Assembly: GCA_050331235.1 (NCBI GenBank)
Contig: JBHJHA010000018.1
Span: forward strand, 1-29,527
Length of the DNA: 29,527 bases
Source: Leptolyngbyaceae cyanobacterium
GTDB taxonomy: Bacteria; Cyanobacteriota; Cyanobacteriia; Phormidesmidales; Phormidesmidaceae
Direction of reading: 5' to 3'
In this document: positions 17,693-27,003 of the stretch, piece by piece
How the letters are laid out: every line of letters begins with the position of its first letter
Position numbering within the stretch: position 1 is the first letter of the stretch
Translations under genes and position numbers: made by a program
The notes under the pieces: model-generated
The model's database searches: none
The model's input: the letters and a program-made list of their open reading frames with translations, nothing else
What the model was told of the DNA's origin: nothing

Positions 17693-18178
17693 ATGCTGAA
17701 ATTTGAGACTCCGCAAGCGCAGCAGTTGGCCGATCAACTGATGCAGCCAGCGCTTATTCGCATCATCGATAATCTTCGTAAGCAGTTGGAGGCGTCCGAC
17801 TGGCAGGGTACCTACCAAGAAACGCAGCTTTGGCCAGAAAGCACCCGTCCGGAGACACTGCAGCGATTTAAAGAACTCCAGTCTCAGCTCGGTACGGCAA
17901 CTCCGGAAGAGGCTGACCAAATTCGTGCGGAACTGACTCAACTGCCGCAGCCTTTTCCTGGCTATGAGCTACACCTAAGCAAGGGCGATCGCGAAACCGT
18001 CGTGGATATTTGGCAGCTTTGCTATTGTGTGTGTTTTCAGCAATATCCTGTCGCCGAGGGACCGGTCAGCATTGACCCATCAATCATTGACACCGAAATT
18101 AATGACGTTGACTGGTTAGTGCTCGATACTAAGGCAAAGTCAATCGTGACAGAAATTTTCACTCAACTGGGGGCCTGA
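17693..18178 (+). CDS. Conserved cyanobacterial hypothetical protein
   Basis: LMQPALIRIIDNLRKQLE.S.W.G.Y, P.PGY.L.L, DIWQLCY.VCF and VDW..LD.KAK. Start at ATG 17693; the upstream extension overlaps the NUDIX gene. Confidence 0.8.
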   Translation: MLKFETPQAQQLADQLMQPALIRIIDNLRKQLEASDWQGTYQETQLWPESTRPETLQRFKELQSQLGTATPEEADQIRAELTQLPQPFPGYELHLSKGDRETVVDIWQLCYCVCFQQYPVAEGPVSIDPSIIDTEINDVDWLVLDTKAKSIVTEIFTQLGA

Positions 18179-18183
18179 CTTTC

Positions 18184-19014
18184 ATGCTAGAACTGCACTG
18201 CCATACCACTTGCTCTGACGGTACGTTGACGCCAGAAGAGCTAGTGCAGGCGGCGATCTCCGCTGGGGTTAAGGCTATGGCCATTACTGATCACGACACG
18301 CTGGCGGGCTGGGACGCGGCTATCAACGCAGCGGGAGATCAGCTAGAAATTATTCCCGGTTTGGAACTGAGTACCGTGCACCGGGAGCGATCGCTCCACA
18401 TTTTGGGCTACTATCCTGACCCAGCTAAGCTGGTTAAACCCTTACAGGCTCGCATTGAGGGCCGCCAGCGGCGCGCCCAGAAGATAGCAGATAAGCTCGC
18501 GGCCTTGGGCTTTCCCATTGAGGTGCCTAACTTGCCTGGCAATATGGCTCCAGGGCGGCCACACATTGCCAAGGCGCTGGTGAAGGCGGGCTATGTGAGC
18601 CACTCTCAGGAAGCGTTTACGCGCTGGTTAGGTGATGGCGGCCCGGCCTATGTGCAGTATGAAAAATTTGCGGCGGTGGACGGTATTCGCCTGCTGCTGG
18701 ACTGTGGGGCGGTGCCGGTCTGGGCTCATCCTTACCTGTTTCGCGGGGGCACGGTGGAATCGGTGCTGCCGGAGCTCTTGGAGGCAGGGCTGATGGGTAT
18801 CGAGGTGTATCACCCTAATCACAGCCCTAGCGATGAGCGCAAATTAGAAGACCTCTGCGATCGCTACGATTTATTAATTACGGGAGGTAGTGACTATCAC
18901 GGGCCCTCGGAGGAAAAGCACAAAGCCGGCGTGTCTTTGAATGGCCTCAAGGTGCCGCTATCTCTACTGCCTCCTCTCAAGGCGGCCGCGATCGCACTCA
19001 AGGACGCTAGCTAG
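18184..19014 (+). CDS. PHP-domain metal-dependent phosphoesterase (TrpH/YciV-like)
   Basis: LHCHTTCSDG, AITDHDT, PGLELS, HILGY, GRPHIA, WAHP and TGGSDYHG. Confidence 0.93.
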   Translation: MLELHCHTTCSDGTLTPEELVQAAISAGVKAMAITDHDTLAGWDAAINAAGDQLEIIPGLELSTVHRERSLHILGYYPDPAKLVKPLQARIEGRQRRAQKIADKLAALGFPIEVPNLPGNMAPGRPHIAKALVKAGYVSHSQEAFTRWLGDGGPAYVQYEKFAAVDGIRLLLDCGAVPVWAHPYLFRGGTVESVLPELLEAGLMGIEVYHPNHSPSDERKLEDLCDRYDLLITGGSDYHGPSEEKHKAGVSLNGLKVPLSLLPPLKAAAIALKDAS

Positions 19015-19111
19015 AGTCCTTGTACCCACGTTGCCAAAACCAAACGGTCCTTAATCTACCGAATCGCCTCAGCACAATGAGTCAAGGACAATAATCAGAG
19101 ACAAGATAAAT

Positions 19112-19141
19112 GCCCTCAACATCATCACAGGTGCTGAGGGC
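19112..19141. terminator. Hairpin between the convergent PHP and CAAD genes
   Basis: GCCCTCAACATC / GGTGCTGAGGGC imperfect inverted repeat. Confidence 0.5.
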
Positions 19142-19188
19142 CTTCATCACATCAGACTGACAAGTGGTGGCTTCTACCGGCTGGCCGT

Positions 19189-19608
19189 CTAGCCGTTTTT
19201 GCCGAGAACTTGATCCTTCAAGGCTGTGAAGTTTTCAGTGAGTTCTTGTCTGTTTACATCCCTTAATAGGAAGCGATAGACAAACCAGGCACTGTAGCCC
19301 AAGCCAATCAGTTCAAAGGTTGGCGCTAGGAGCGGGACTTCATTGACGGCGCTGAGGATAGCTAGCAGCAGCTTCACTGAGATGAAGGCTGCCAGGATCA
19401 AACCCACGGTGATGAGGGGACGCTGATATTCCTTAAAAAAGTCAGTGACATAGTCAGGCAAATTTGCCAAAACGCCGGAAACTTTGTCCAGAATGTCTTG
19501 CACCTGCTGGTTGACCTGACTCTCTTCAGCAGATTCGGTATGCGCTGACACGTCAGGCGTCTCAGGTACTTCGGCAACTTTAGTTTCAGAGTTGATGTCT
19601 GTGCTCAT
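19189..19608 (-). CDS. curT: CAAD-domain thylakoid curvature protein (CURT1/CurT)
   Basis: Acidic N-terminus, then FFKEYQRPL..., A.NEVPLLAPTFELIGLGYSAWFVYRFLL...RQEL. Start at ATG 19608. Confidence 0.88.
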   Translation of the reverse strand: MSTDINSETKVAEVPETPDVSAHTESAEESQVNQQVQDILDKVSGVLANLPDYVTDFFKEYQRPLITVGLILAAFISVKLLLAILSAVNEVPLLAPTFELIGLGYSAWFVYRFLLRDVNRQELTENFTALKDQVLGKNG

Positions 19609-19920
19609 ATTTATACGGGAATTTATCACCCAGAACGACGTCCTATAGAAGTTAGTACCCTCGGCGGCCGAGCCCAAAAAGTAACTTTTCTGAACATACC
19701 GGCTAGGGGGCAGCGATCGCCACATAGCGATAGCAGATTTATAGTCTGAAACTGTTCAAATTTCAAACCCTCTAGCGTGGAAAATCTTGGGTTAGCATTT
19801 ATCGTCACCAAACGGAGACGTTGCGATCAGTCATGACCGCTGACCGTCCAGCAAAATTGGAGTTAGGATAATCCTTAACCCAGGTTCTAAACGACTCAAC
19901 TTCTCGGAGGATCAGGACTC

Positions 19921-21606
19921 ATCGAGACCATTCATGGTAACTTGCGCGGCCTCAAGCCCAGCCAGCTCAAACAGCTCCAGCGGCTATATCATCAGCGCCT
20001 ACCGGGCGATCGCTTGACGACACCTGAGTTTGCGCAACGGCTCGCAGCCATTAGCACTGACCTTGATCAGTCTGTCTGTGTTTATCTCAACCGACGAGGT
20101 CAGGTGATTCGTGTGGGAGTTGGCACGCCTCGTCAAACCCGCATCCCTCCCTTAGAGCTGCCTCGTTATGGAGCTGAACGACTGTGTGGTATCCGCTGTA
20201 TCGCGACTCAGATGCAGCAGGCTCCTCCGAGCACAGGGGACCTTACCGCCATGGCCATGCAACGGCTCGACTCTTTGATTCTTATAACGCTCTCAGGCAG
20301 TGGCTTTGAGCGGCGAGGCGGGGGCGCCACTGGCTATGTTCGAGAGGTGTATCTGGCGCATCTAGTGCCCCATCCCGAAGCTCGGTGGACGGTTTCGGAC
20401 CCAATGCCCCTAGAGGCGATCGCCCAGCAAGACTTTGTGGCGCTGACCGATGCCCTCGAGGAAGAATTTCGGCGAGCTTTTGTAGCCCAGCAAGTCGATG
20501 CCGATCATGATCGCGTCATCGTCGTGGGCTTGATGACGGGCAAACTGTCCAAATTGCAGTTTCACTACAGCCTGATGGAAGTAGAACGGCTAGTGGAAAC
20601 CGCCGGCGGCGAAGTGTTGGCAACCCTCTCTCAGCGCCGAGAACGCCCGCACCCCCAAACGGTGCTGGGAGCCGGTAAGGTGCAGGAAATTGCTTTGGAA
20701 GCCCAAACTCTAGGCGCGACACTGGTCGTCTTTGACCGTGATCTCTCGCCCGCTCAGGTGCGCAATTTAGAGGTGCAAATGGGCGTCCGCGTGGTGGATC
20801 GCACCGAAGTGATTTTAGATATCTTTGCTCAGCGGGCTCGCACCGGCGCGGGTAAGCTCCAGGTAGAGCTGGCACAGCTCGAATATCAGCTACCGCGCCT
20901 GACCGGACGCGGTCAAGCGATGTCGCGACTCGGGGGCGGTATTGGGACCCGAGGTCCGGGTGAAACCAAGCTAGAGACTGAGCGACGCGCTATTCAGCGG
21001 CGGATTTCCCGGCTCCAACGCGAAGTTAATGATTTGCAAGCCCACCGTGATCGCCTGCGGCAACGCCGCCAGCGCACTGATATTCCCTCCATTGCGGTGG
21101 TGGGGTATACCAACGCCGGTAAGTCGACGCTGCTCAATGCCTTGACCAACTCCGAAATTTACGCAGCTGACCAGTTATTTGCAACCTTAGATCCGACAAC
21201 TCGTCGGCTAAGCATCCTGGACGAAGAGACACAAATGCAAAAGCAACTGGTGCTGACCGATACGGTGGGCTTCATTCGTGATTTGCCCGAGTCCCTAGTG
21301 GATGCCTTTCGGGCGACCCTGGAGGAAGTGACCGAGGCCGATGCGCTTTTGCATGTGGTGGATCTGTCGCACCCGGCCTGGCAAGGTCAAATTCGCTCGG
21401 TGATGACCATCTTGAGTGAGATGCCCATCACACCAGGGCCCATTCTGCTGGTGTTTAACAAGCTTGATCAGGTCGAGAGCGACGCGCTAGAAACCGCCAA
21501 GGAAGAGTTTCCGAATGCGGTGTTTGTGTCAGCCCAGTCGCGAATTGGGTTGGAAACCTTGCGCCACAAGCTTTTAGAACTGGGGAGCTACGCCCTTTGT
21601 CAGTAA
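19921..21606 (+). CDS. hflX: GTPase HflX, long cyanobacterial form, probable ATC start
   Basis: ILDIFAQRA, QVELAQL.Y, GIGTRGPGETKLE, G1 GYTNAGKS, LFATLDPT, DTVGF and NKLD. The frame extends to ATC-GAG-ACC-ATT-CAT-GGT-AAC at 19921, behind a GGAGG RBS. Confidence 0.95.
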   Translation: METIHGNLRGLKPSQLKQLQRLYHQRLPGDRLTTPEFAQRLAAISTDLDQSVCVYLNRRGQVIRVGVGTPRQTRIPPLELPRYGAERLCGIRCIATQMQQAPPSTGDLTAMAMQRLDSLILITLSGSGFERRGGGATGYVREVYLAHLVPHPEARWTVSDPMPLEAIAQQDFVALTDALEEEFRRAFVAQQVDADHDRVIVVGLMTGKLSKLQFHYSLMEVERLVETAGGEVLATLSQRRERPHPQTVLGAGKVQEIALEAQTLGATLVVFDRDLSPAQVRNLEVQMGVRVVDRTEVILDIFAQRARTGAGKLQVELAQLEYQLPRLTGRGQAMSRLGGGIGTRGPGETKLETERRAIQRRISRLQREVNDLQAHRDRLRQRRQRTDIPSIAVVGYTNAGKSTLLNALTNSEIYAADQLFATLDPTTRRLSILDEETQMQKQLVLTDTVGFIRDLPESLVDAFRATLEEVTEADALLHVVDLSHPAWQGQIRSVMTILSEMPITPGPILLVFNKLDQVESDALETAKEEFPNAVFVSAQSRIGLETLRHKLLELGSYALCQ

Positions 21607-21717
21607 CTTAGCAGACCAGAGGATAAATTTGGGTCGCCATTGCGACTGATGGCAAAGTCAAGGGAAACTTGAGTTAGGGTTAAAAACGGATCAGTTTTAT
21701 CGACACCGGATATTTTT

Positions 21718-22653
21718 ATGGATTTGCTGAAAGTAGGCGATCGCGTCTTGCAATCAGACGAGCTAGTGCCGTTACTGAGCAAGACCAACCTTCTGTCGCG
21801 GGTGATTCAGGAGGTGATTATTGACGATGCGATCGCAGATATGGAGCTGACTTCAGAAGAAATCCAAGCGGCCGAGGCCGACTTTTGTCAGCGCAATAAG
21901 ATCACCAGTGTAGAAGAAGCAAACGCCTGGGCACAGCAGCAGTATGGCACGCCCGACCTGATCCGGACGACGGCAACCCGGGAGAAAAAACTGGCCAAGT
22001 TTAAGGCCCAGACATTTTCGAAGGAACTGGAATCCTACTTTCTTCAGCGCAAGAGTCGCCTTGATCGGGTGCTGTATTCACTGATTCGTACCAGTCAGCT
22101 AGGCCTGGCCCAGGAGCTGTATTTCCGCGTTCATGACGATGGTCAATCCTTTGCTGATCTGGCTAAGGAGTATTCCGAAGGGCAGGAGGCAAAAACGGGC
22201 GGACTCATCGGTCCGGTAGAGCTCAGCGTTCCCCACCCAGCTTTGGCCGGGCTGCTCTCAGTCAGTAAACCGGGGCAAATTTGGCCCCCCAAGCGGATTG
22301 GTGAGTGGTACGTCGTGGTGCGCTTGGAGAAATTTTTCCCCGCTCAGATGGATGAGGCTACTGAGCAGCGCCTCCTGGATGAAATGTTCCAAACCTGGAT
22401 GCGAGAACAGCTACAGCAATCGCCGGTGAGCGTGCCGGGGGCTGATACGATTACTGTCGCCGCCGAAGAACCCACACCGCCACCCGCTGCGACGATTCCC
22501 CTAAATCAGGATGAGGTTGCCCGCTCCACTCAAACCACTACTGCGGCTGTTGAGACCCAGACGCCCCTCGCGGCGCAAACGGCACCCACCATGCAGACGA
22601 TCACTGAGCAAAAACCAGCGCAGCCAAACTCTGAGGATGATCCTTGGAAATAG
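21718..22653 (+). CDS. PpiC/parvulin-type peptidylprolyl isomerase with Thr/Pro/Ala-rich C-terminal tail
   Basis: YFLQRKS.LDRV.YSLIR, AQELYFR, F.DLAKEYS.G.E..TGGLIGP and PGQIWPP motifs. Confidence 0.88.
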   Translation: MDLLKVGDRVLQSDELVPLLSKTNLLSRVIQEVIIDDAIADMELTSEEIQAAEADFCQRNKITSVEEANAWAQQQYGTPDLIRTTATREKKLAKFKAQTFSKELESYFLQRKSRLDRVLYSLIRTSQLGLAQELYFRVHDDGQSFADLAKEYSEGQEAKTGGLIGPVELSVPHPALAGLLSVSKPGQIWPPKRIGEWYVVVRLEKFFPAQMDEATEQRLLDEMFQTWMREQLQQSPVSVPGADTITVAAEEPTPPPAATIPLNQDEVARSTQTTTAAVETQTPLAAQTAPTMQTITEQKPAQPNSEDDPWK

Positions 22654-22669
22654 GCCCTGTTGGGGAGCT

Positions 22670-23443
22670 TTATAATCCAGAGGCTGTAGGATCAACTTGG
22701 GCAATGTAAAAGGCGTAGCCGTAATAGTTGGAGTAGCGTCGAAATAGGTCAATTTCCTGTCGATGCAATTCGATTACCTGCAGGGCATCGGTATTATCGG
22801 CGTACTGGGGCTGTAGCTGGTCGAGACGATGCTCGATGGGCGTGTAATAAGACTCCCACCAAGCCTTAGCCGGCAACAAAAAGTGCGCAATAGGCAAGTA
22901 TCCTAGCGTTTTGATCAGGGTCAAATTAGCCTCCACACTTTGCATGTTGGGATATTCTTGGGTCCAAAATTCAGTTAAGACCGTTGGGGGATCCGACCGA
23001 AGCCAAGAGATTTCTGAAGCAACCAAATATCCTTCAGGGTTCAGCAGCGATCGCCAACCTCTCAGGGCACTACCAAACTCCATAACGTAGGCGGAGCCTT
23101 CGGCCCAGATCACGTCAAAGCTATTGGGTGAAAAAGGTAAATCTTGCATATCCCCCTGAAGCAGCGTCACCCGTTCGCGCAGTCCCTCGGCCGTTAAAGA
23201 TTGTGCCAACTGGTCTAAGTAGGGCTGATGCAAATCTACTGCGGTAATTGGCCCATCCGTGAGCTTGGCGAGCTGCACAGTTTGCATGCCGGGACCACAA
23301 CCCAGATCGAGAATTCGTGGCTGAGACGGCAATCCGGGCAACAGGGAGAAGGCTTTGGACGTGGAGTCATTATCTCCAGGCCCTTCCCGTGGCAAATTGG
23401 AATGCAGCTCAAAAAAGACCTGATGCGCAATACTTTCGTTCAT
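22670..23443 (-). CDS. Class I SAM-dependent methyltransferase
   Basis: PREGPG, ILDLGCGPG, GDM.DLPF...FDVIWAEG and YYGY.FY motifs. Confidence 0.92.
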   Translation of the reverse strand: MNESIAHQVFFELHSNLPREGPGDNDSTSKAFSLLPGLPSQPRILDLGCGPGMQTVQLAKLTDGPITAVDLHQPYLDQLAQSLTAEGLRERVTLLQGDMQDLPFSPNSFDVIWAEGSAYVMEFGSALRGWRSLLNPEGYLVASEISWLRSDPPTVLTEFWTQEYPNMQSVEANLTLIKTLGYLPIAHFLLPAKAWWESYYTPIEHRLDQLQPQYADNTDALQVIELHRQEIDLFRRYSNYYGYAFYIAQVDPTASGL

Positions 23444-23629
23444 TCACTCCCCCTGGGTATCTGAATTAAAGGTCCCTTTTATGACGGTGACTGTAGCTTG
23501 TCTGGCTTAGAGTTGTATCGGTCTTGAGGTCAGGAATTGCGCGGCCATAGCTAAATGCAACCTCTAGCACAGCGCGGTTTATTGGGTCATGAACTCATGG
23601 GATTCATAGGCCGCATGAAAGCCGCTTGG

Positions 23630-24460
23630 CTATGCCGGTTGGGGTGCAGAGAGCAGGGTGCCCTTCATCACAGTTACAGCTCGACCGCTGATCAGGACGC
23701 GATCGCCCTGTTGCTGCAATTTCAAGATCCCTTCTCGCTGGGAGACTTGTTTGGCCATGAGGGTGGACTTGCCGAGCTTGGACTGCCAGTAGGGCATCAG
23801 CGAGCAGTGGGCCGAGCCTGTCACCGGGTCTTCGTTGATGCCAATGGCGGGGGCAAAGTAGCGAGATACAAAGTCGACATCATCTGCCGCACTCGGTGCC
23901 GTCACGATGAGTCCCTGGGTTGGCAGCAGCCGCAGCATCCCAAAATCCGGTTGAAGCGATCGCACGTAGTCCTCTGACGGAAGCTCGACTAAGTAATTGG
24001 ACTCAGCTGAGCCACCGCATTCCACCGCTATCGGCTGGAGCCCACGCAGGCTTTTGAGCAATTCCGGCGGCGGCGACACGGGCTGAGTAGGCTGGGCCGG
24101 AAAATTAAGCGTGATCCATCCGTCCTCGGCTTGGGCAGTCAGCAACCCACTCTGGGTGTGAAACTTGGCGCCTTGGTCAGGGGTTAGGTAACCTTCGCTC
24201 CACAGCACATGGGCACTGGCTAGCGTGGCATGGCCGCACAGACTAACCTCAGCCGCTGGTGTAAACCATCGCAGGGCGTAGCCATCCTCTTGGGGATGGA
24301 GATAAGCTGTTTCTGACAAATTCATCTCGGCGGCAACGGCCCGCATCCAAGTTTCGCTAACCGGGGCAGGCAGGACACATACCGCCGCCGGGTTGCCGGC
24401 GAAGGGCGCATTAGTAAAAGCATCAACCTGCAGAATGGTGACCGTTTCAGGAAAGCTCAT
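23630..24460 (-). CDS. PhzF-family isomerase/epimerase
   Basis: QVDAFT..PFAGNPAAV, EMNLSETA, LRWFTP..EV.LCGHATLA and EDPVTGSAH. Confidence 0.95.
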   Translation of the reverse strand: MSFPETVTILQVDAFTNAPFAGNPAAVCVLPAPVSETWMRAVAAEMNLSETAYLHPQEDGYALRWFTPAAEVSLCGHATLASAHVLWSEGYLTPDQGAKFHTQSGLLTAQAEDGWITLNFPAQPTQPVSPPPELLKSLRGLQPIAVECGGSAESNYLVELPSEDYVRSLQPDFGMLRLLPTQGLIVTAPSAADDVDFVSRYFAPAIGINEDPVTGSAHCSLMPYWQSKLGKSTLMAKQVSQREGILKLQQQGDRVLISGRAVTVMKGTLLSAPQPA

Positions 24461-24825
24461 AGATGCTCGAATAAACGGGATACTTTTTAATCATGATGGA
24501 GAACGGCCCGATTAGCGATCGCAATTTTCCAGTCACTCCCCATCGTGCATTGGGTCAACTGCCTGATGGAACTAGTCGGGACTGCCCAGCCCCTAAGATA
24601 TGGCGATGTATCGTTTGGCCCAGCACATCACAAACTGAGAATTCTGCCCCGCTGAACCCCTCCCTTAATCATCGGTGCCGAATCAACTTCAAAGCCACCA
24701 TATCAGCAGTGCAAAGTTGACTCTCTCCCAGGCAACGTAGTCCAGTTCACCCAGGGCCAACGATATTTGTGTGAGTCCAGCTGATCTGCGTAAAGTAAAG
24801 GAACCAACTACCTAGGAGCGCAGTT

Positions 24826-25326
24826 ATGGGAATTCGCAGAGTCGGACAAATCATTGGGGCGGGTCTCTGTGTCGGGATGCTGCTGCTGAGCTTGGTGATG
24901 AGTCCAGGAGGGGCGATCGCGGTCGAAGACTATACCTATGCCGATCTCAGTCATCGTTCCTTCGTGGGCGAAGATCTAACGGGTTCGTCGCTGGCCGCGG
25001 CGGATGCCCGCGAAGCCAATTTCTCCGGGGCCGATCTAAGTCAAACCATTTTGACAAAAGGCTCTTTCTACAAAGCCGATATGTCCGACGTCAATCTGAC
25101 AGAATCCTTTGCTGATCGCGTGATTTTTGACGGTGCTGATCTTACCAATGCCATCATCGTTGATGCCATCATGACAAGCACTAGTTTCAACGAGGCCACC
25201 ATCGACGGGGTTGATTTTTCCGGCACGATCTTAGACCGGTATCAAATTTCGCAAATGTGCCAGCGGGCTGCTGGGATCAATCCTGTCACGGGGGTGGCTA
25301 CCCGTGATAGCCTGGGCTGTCGTTAA
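24826..25326 (+). CDS. Secreted/lumenal pentapeptide repeat protein
   Basis: Signal peptide, A(D/N)Lxx repeats, and a C-terminal C..A.G.NPVTGV.TR.SLGC motif. Confidence 0.92.
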   Translation: MGIRRVGQIIGAGLCVGMLLLSLVMSPGGAIAVEDYTYADLSHRSFVGEDLTGSSLAAADAREANFSGADLSQTILTKGSFYKADMSDVNLTESFADRVIFDGADLTNAIIVDAIMTSTSFNEATIDGVDFSGTILDRYQISQMCQRAAGINPVTGVATRDSLGCR

Positions 25327-25391
25327 TGAAAGCACCGTCCCAAGACTGCCCCGCTTAACTATTTTGGCTGATGAGAGTCTAACCCCAACGG

Positions 25392-25415
25392 CCCCCAGCG
25401 ATCGCTGGGGGTTTA
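25392..25415 (+). terminator. Terminator-like perfect palindrome centred on a HIP1 site
   Basis: CCCCCAGCGATCGCTGGGGG (25392-25411) followed by TTTAGTGTT, downstream of the pentapeptide gene. Confidence 0.55.
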
Positions 25416-25554
25416 GTGTTGTGTTGTCCTTTACCGTCAAATAGGAATACTAAGCTCAACCGAACATGAGCACTGCTACTGGGTTAGTTTGCTCGGTGGT
25501 TTGCTCAGCATCGCTTTTTCCTCCGTCAACTCGTGATCTATTTGGCCAAGTCTG

Positions 25555-25731
25555 ATGAAACTTATTTACCGTGGCATTTCCTATGAAGCAGCTGCCCCAC
25601 TTAACCCGGTGTCTGAGCAGCATTCAAAATCTGAGGCCAATCAGTCCATGAAAGCGGTTGGCAAGCTCCGGGCCAACCTACGGCGGCCAATCTCAGGGCT
25701 AATATATCGAGGCGTGCGATACACCCGATAG
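25555..25731 (+). CDS. DUF4278-family small protein (58 aa, below the ORF-track cutoff)
   Basis: MKLIYRGISYEAAAPLNPVSEQHSKSEANQSMKAVGKLRANLRRPISGLIYRGVRYTR*, with two L.YRG..Y motifs. Confidence 0.85.
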   Translation: MKLIYRGISYEAAAPLNPVSEQHSKSEANQSMKAVGKLRANLRRPISGLIYRGVRYTR

Positions 25732-25937
25732 GTTGTCTTAAGAGTCTAGTTTGAGGCAACACCATCACAAATATCAGCCCCTACAAAATCGATCCGGGGG
25801 GGCTGGTAGCCATCAGCGCAAAAATAAACACAGAAATGTCGCCAATCTCGTCATAATTTGGCTACACCCAGAAAGCAGCCGCTCAACGCGCTAATGCTTT
25901 CTGGAGCAATGCCCTTCAAAGAGGTTGTGACTAGCCG

Positions 25938-26165
25938 ATGATTATTGACCCTCACTATCCCAATATAATTTTGGCTTTTGCTTACCGAGAGTCCAAGATT
26001 GAGATTGAAAAAACTCAGTGGGAAGGCGTAACGGCCTATGCGGCTTGGGTCAGCCATGAAACGGGAACCGCTGTAGCCGTGCCTAAAGCCTGGACGAGAA
26101 TCGAGGCCATTCAACAAGCCAAGCAGTGGGTTGATCGCAAAATTTACGGTGCTGCCCGCCGCTAG
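25938..26165 (+). CDS. Small hypothetical protein (75 aa)
   Basis: ATG-started ORF with protein-like composition (YPNIIL.F.YR...IEI...YAAWV...AVAVP.A.TR.EAI..AK.WVD). Confidence 0.7.
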   Translation: MIIDPHYPNIILAFAYRESKIEIEKTQWEGVTAYAAWVSHETGTAVAVPKAWTRIEAIQQAKQWVDRKIYGAARR

Positions 26166-26773
26166 GACTCAACGCTGGCCAGACGTCAGCCATAACAGGG
26201 ATGGATTCCTGCTCGCCACCTGGGTAAAAGCCTCCAGGTAATCTTCTCCTATGGGCTTGCTTGCGATCGTCTTCAATGGCTACATCAGCCCCCCTTGCCC
26301 TTCGGGAGCAGCAATGCGCCTCCCGAAGTTACAGGTCTATCGCTGGCAGGATGCGGCTTTCCAAACACCTAAATTTTTATAATCAATGCAGATTCATACA
26401 GCTGATCTAAATATCGGCAACTGTATCTTTGGCAGAAGCTTGTTTGCGAATAGTGGCAATTTAAGGATTTATTTATCTTCAAGGTATTCGTGCTTACACA
26501 TTTAAATTCAAGCCAGTGCTTCATCCATAGAAATAGTCCTTCAGTTGGGAGGGGATCAAGGAATATTCAGTCTTTAAGAATATTTTCTGTTTCTTTATTG
26601 CACAGTCAATGTCTTTTGAAATACCATTTCTATATATGAACTCATGTTCGGAAACGTAACGGATTTTTTGATCCCCGCAACATTTGAAGGAAGCTCACCC
26701 AAGTTTTCCGGAAATTGACCAGGCATACTGTCGATTTCGCCAGTTCCACATTTTTTAATTAATTTTTCAGACA

Positions 26774-26959
26774 ATGACTTAAGATTCCCAGATCGTCAAC
26801 TGCACAAACTGTGGTGGGCATGCTGCTCGCCACTTTCTCAGCAATGAGTCGCTAGTACGCACCCAATGCCCCCTCTGCGACTATTTAATGATCACCTGCA
26901 GCAACTCCGGCAATGTCGTTGAGGCACATGCTCCCGGCTTGCTATCTAGTGCCTGCTAA
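26774..26959 (+). pseudogene. Cyanobacterial zinc-ribbon microprotein (family often labelled 'PriA'), with TAA at codon 3
   Basis: ATG ACT TAA then DSQIVNCTNCGGHAARHFLSNESLVRTQCPLCDYLMITCSNSGNVVEAHAPGLLSSAC*. This carries the CxxC...RTQCxxCDYLMITC...G.V.EA.APG signature. Confidence 0.8.
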
Positions 26960-27003
26960 TCACGTGGGTTAGTGGCTGACGTGTACAGCTATAAAAGACT
27001 AGA

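Noticed and set aside
24493..24720. 75-aa ORF between the divergent PhzF and pentapeptide genes
   Set aside because: No motif or clear RBS; it lies in a probable divergent promoter region.
25412..25554. Glutamine riboswitch upstream of DUF4278
   Set aside because: The conserved CGTTCA...GACGGAAGT-type core was not recognisable by eye.
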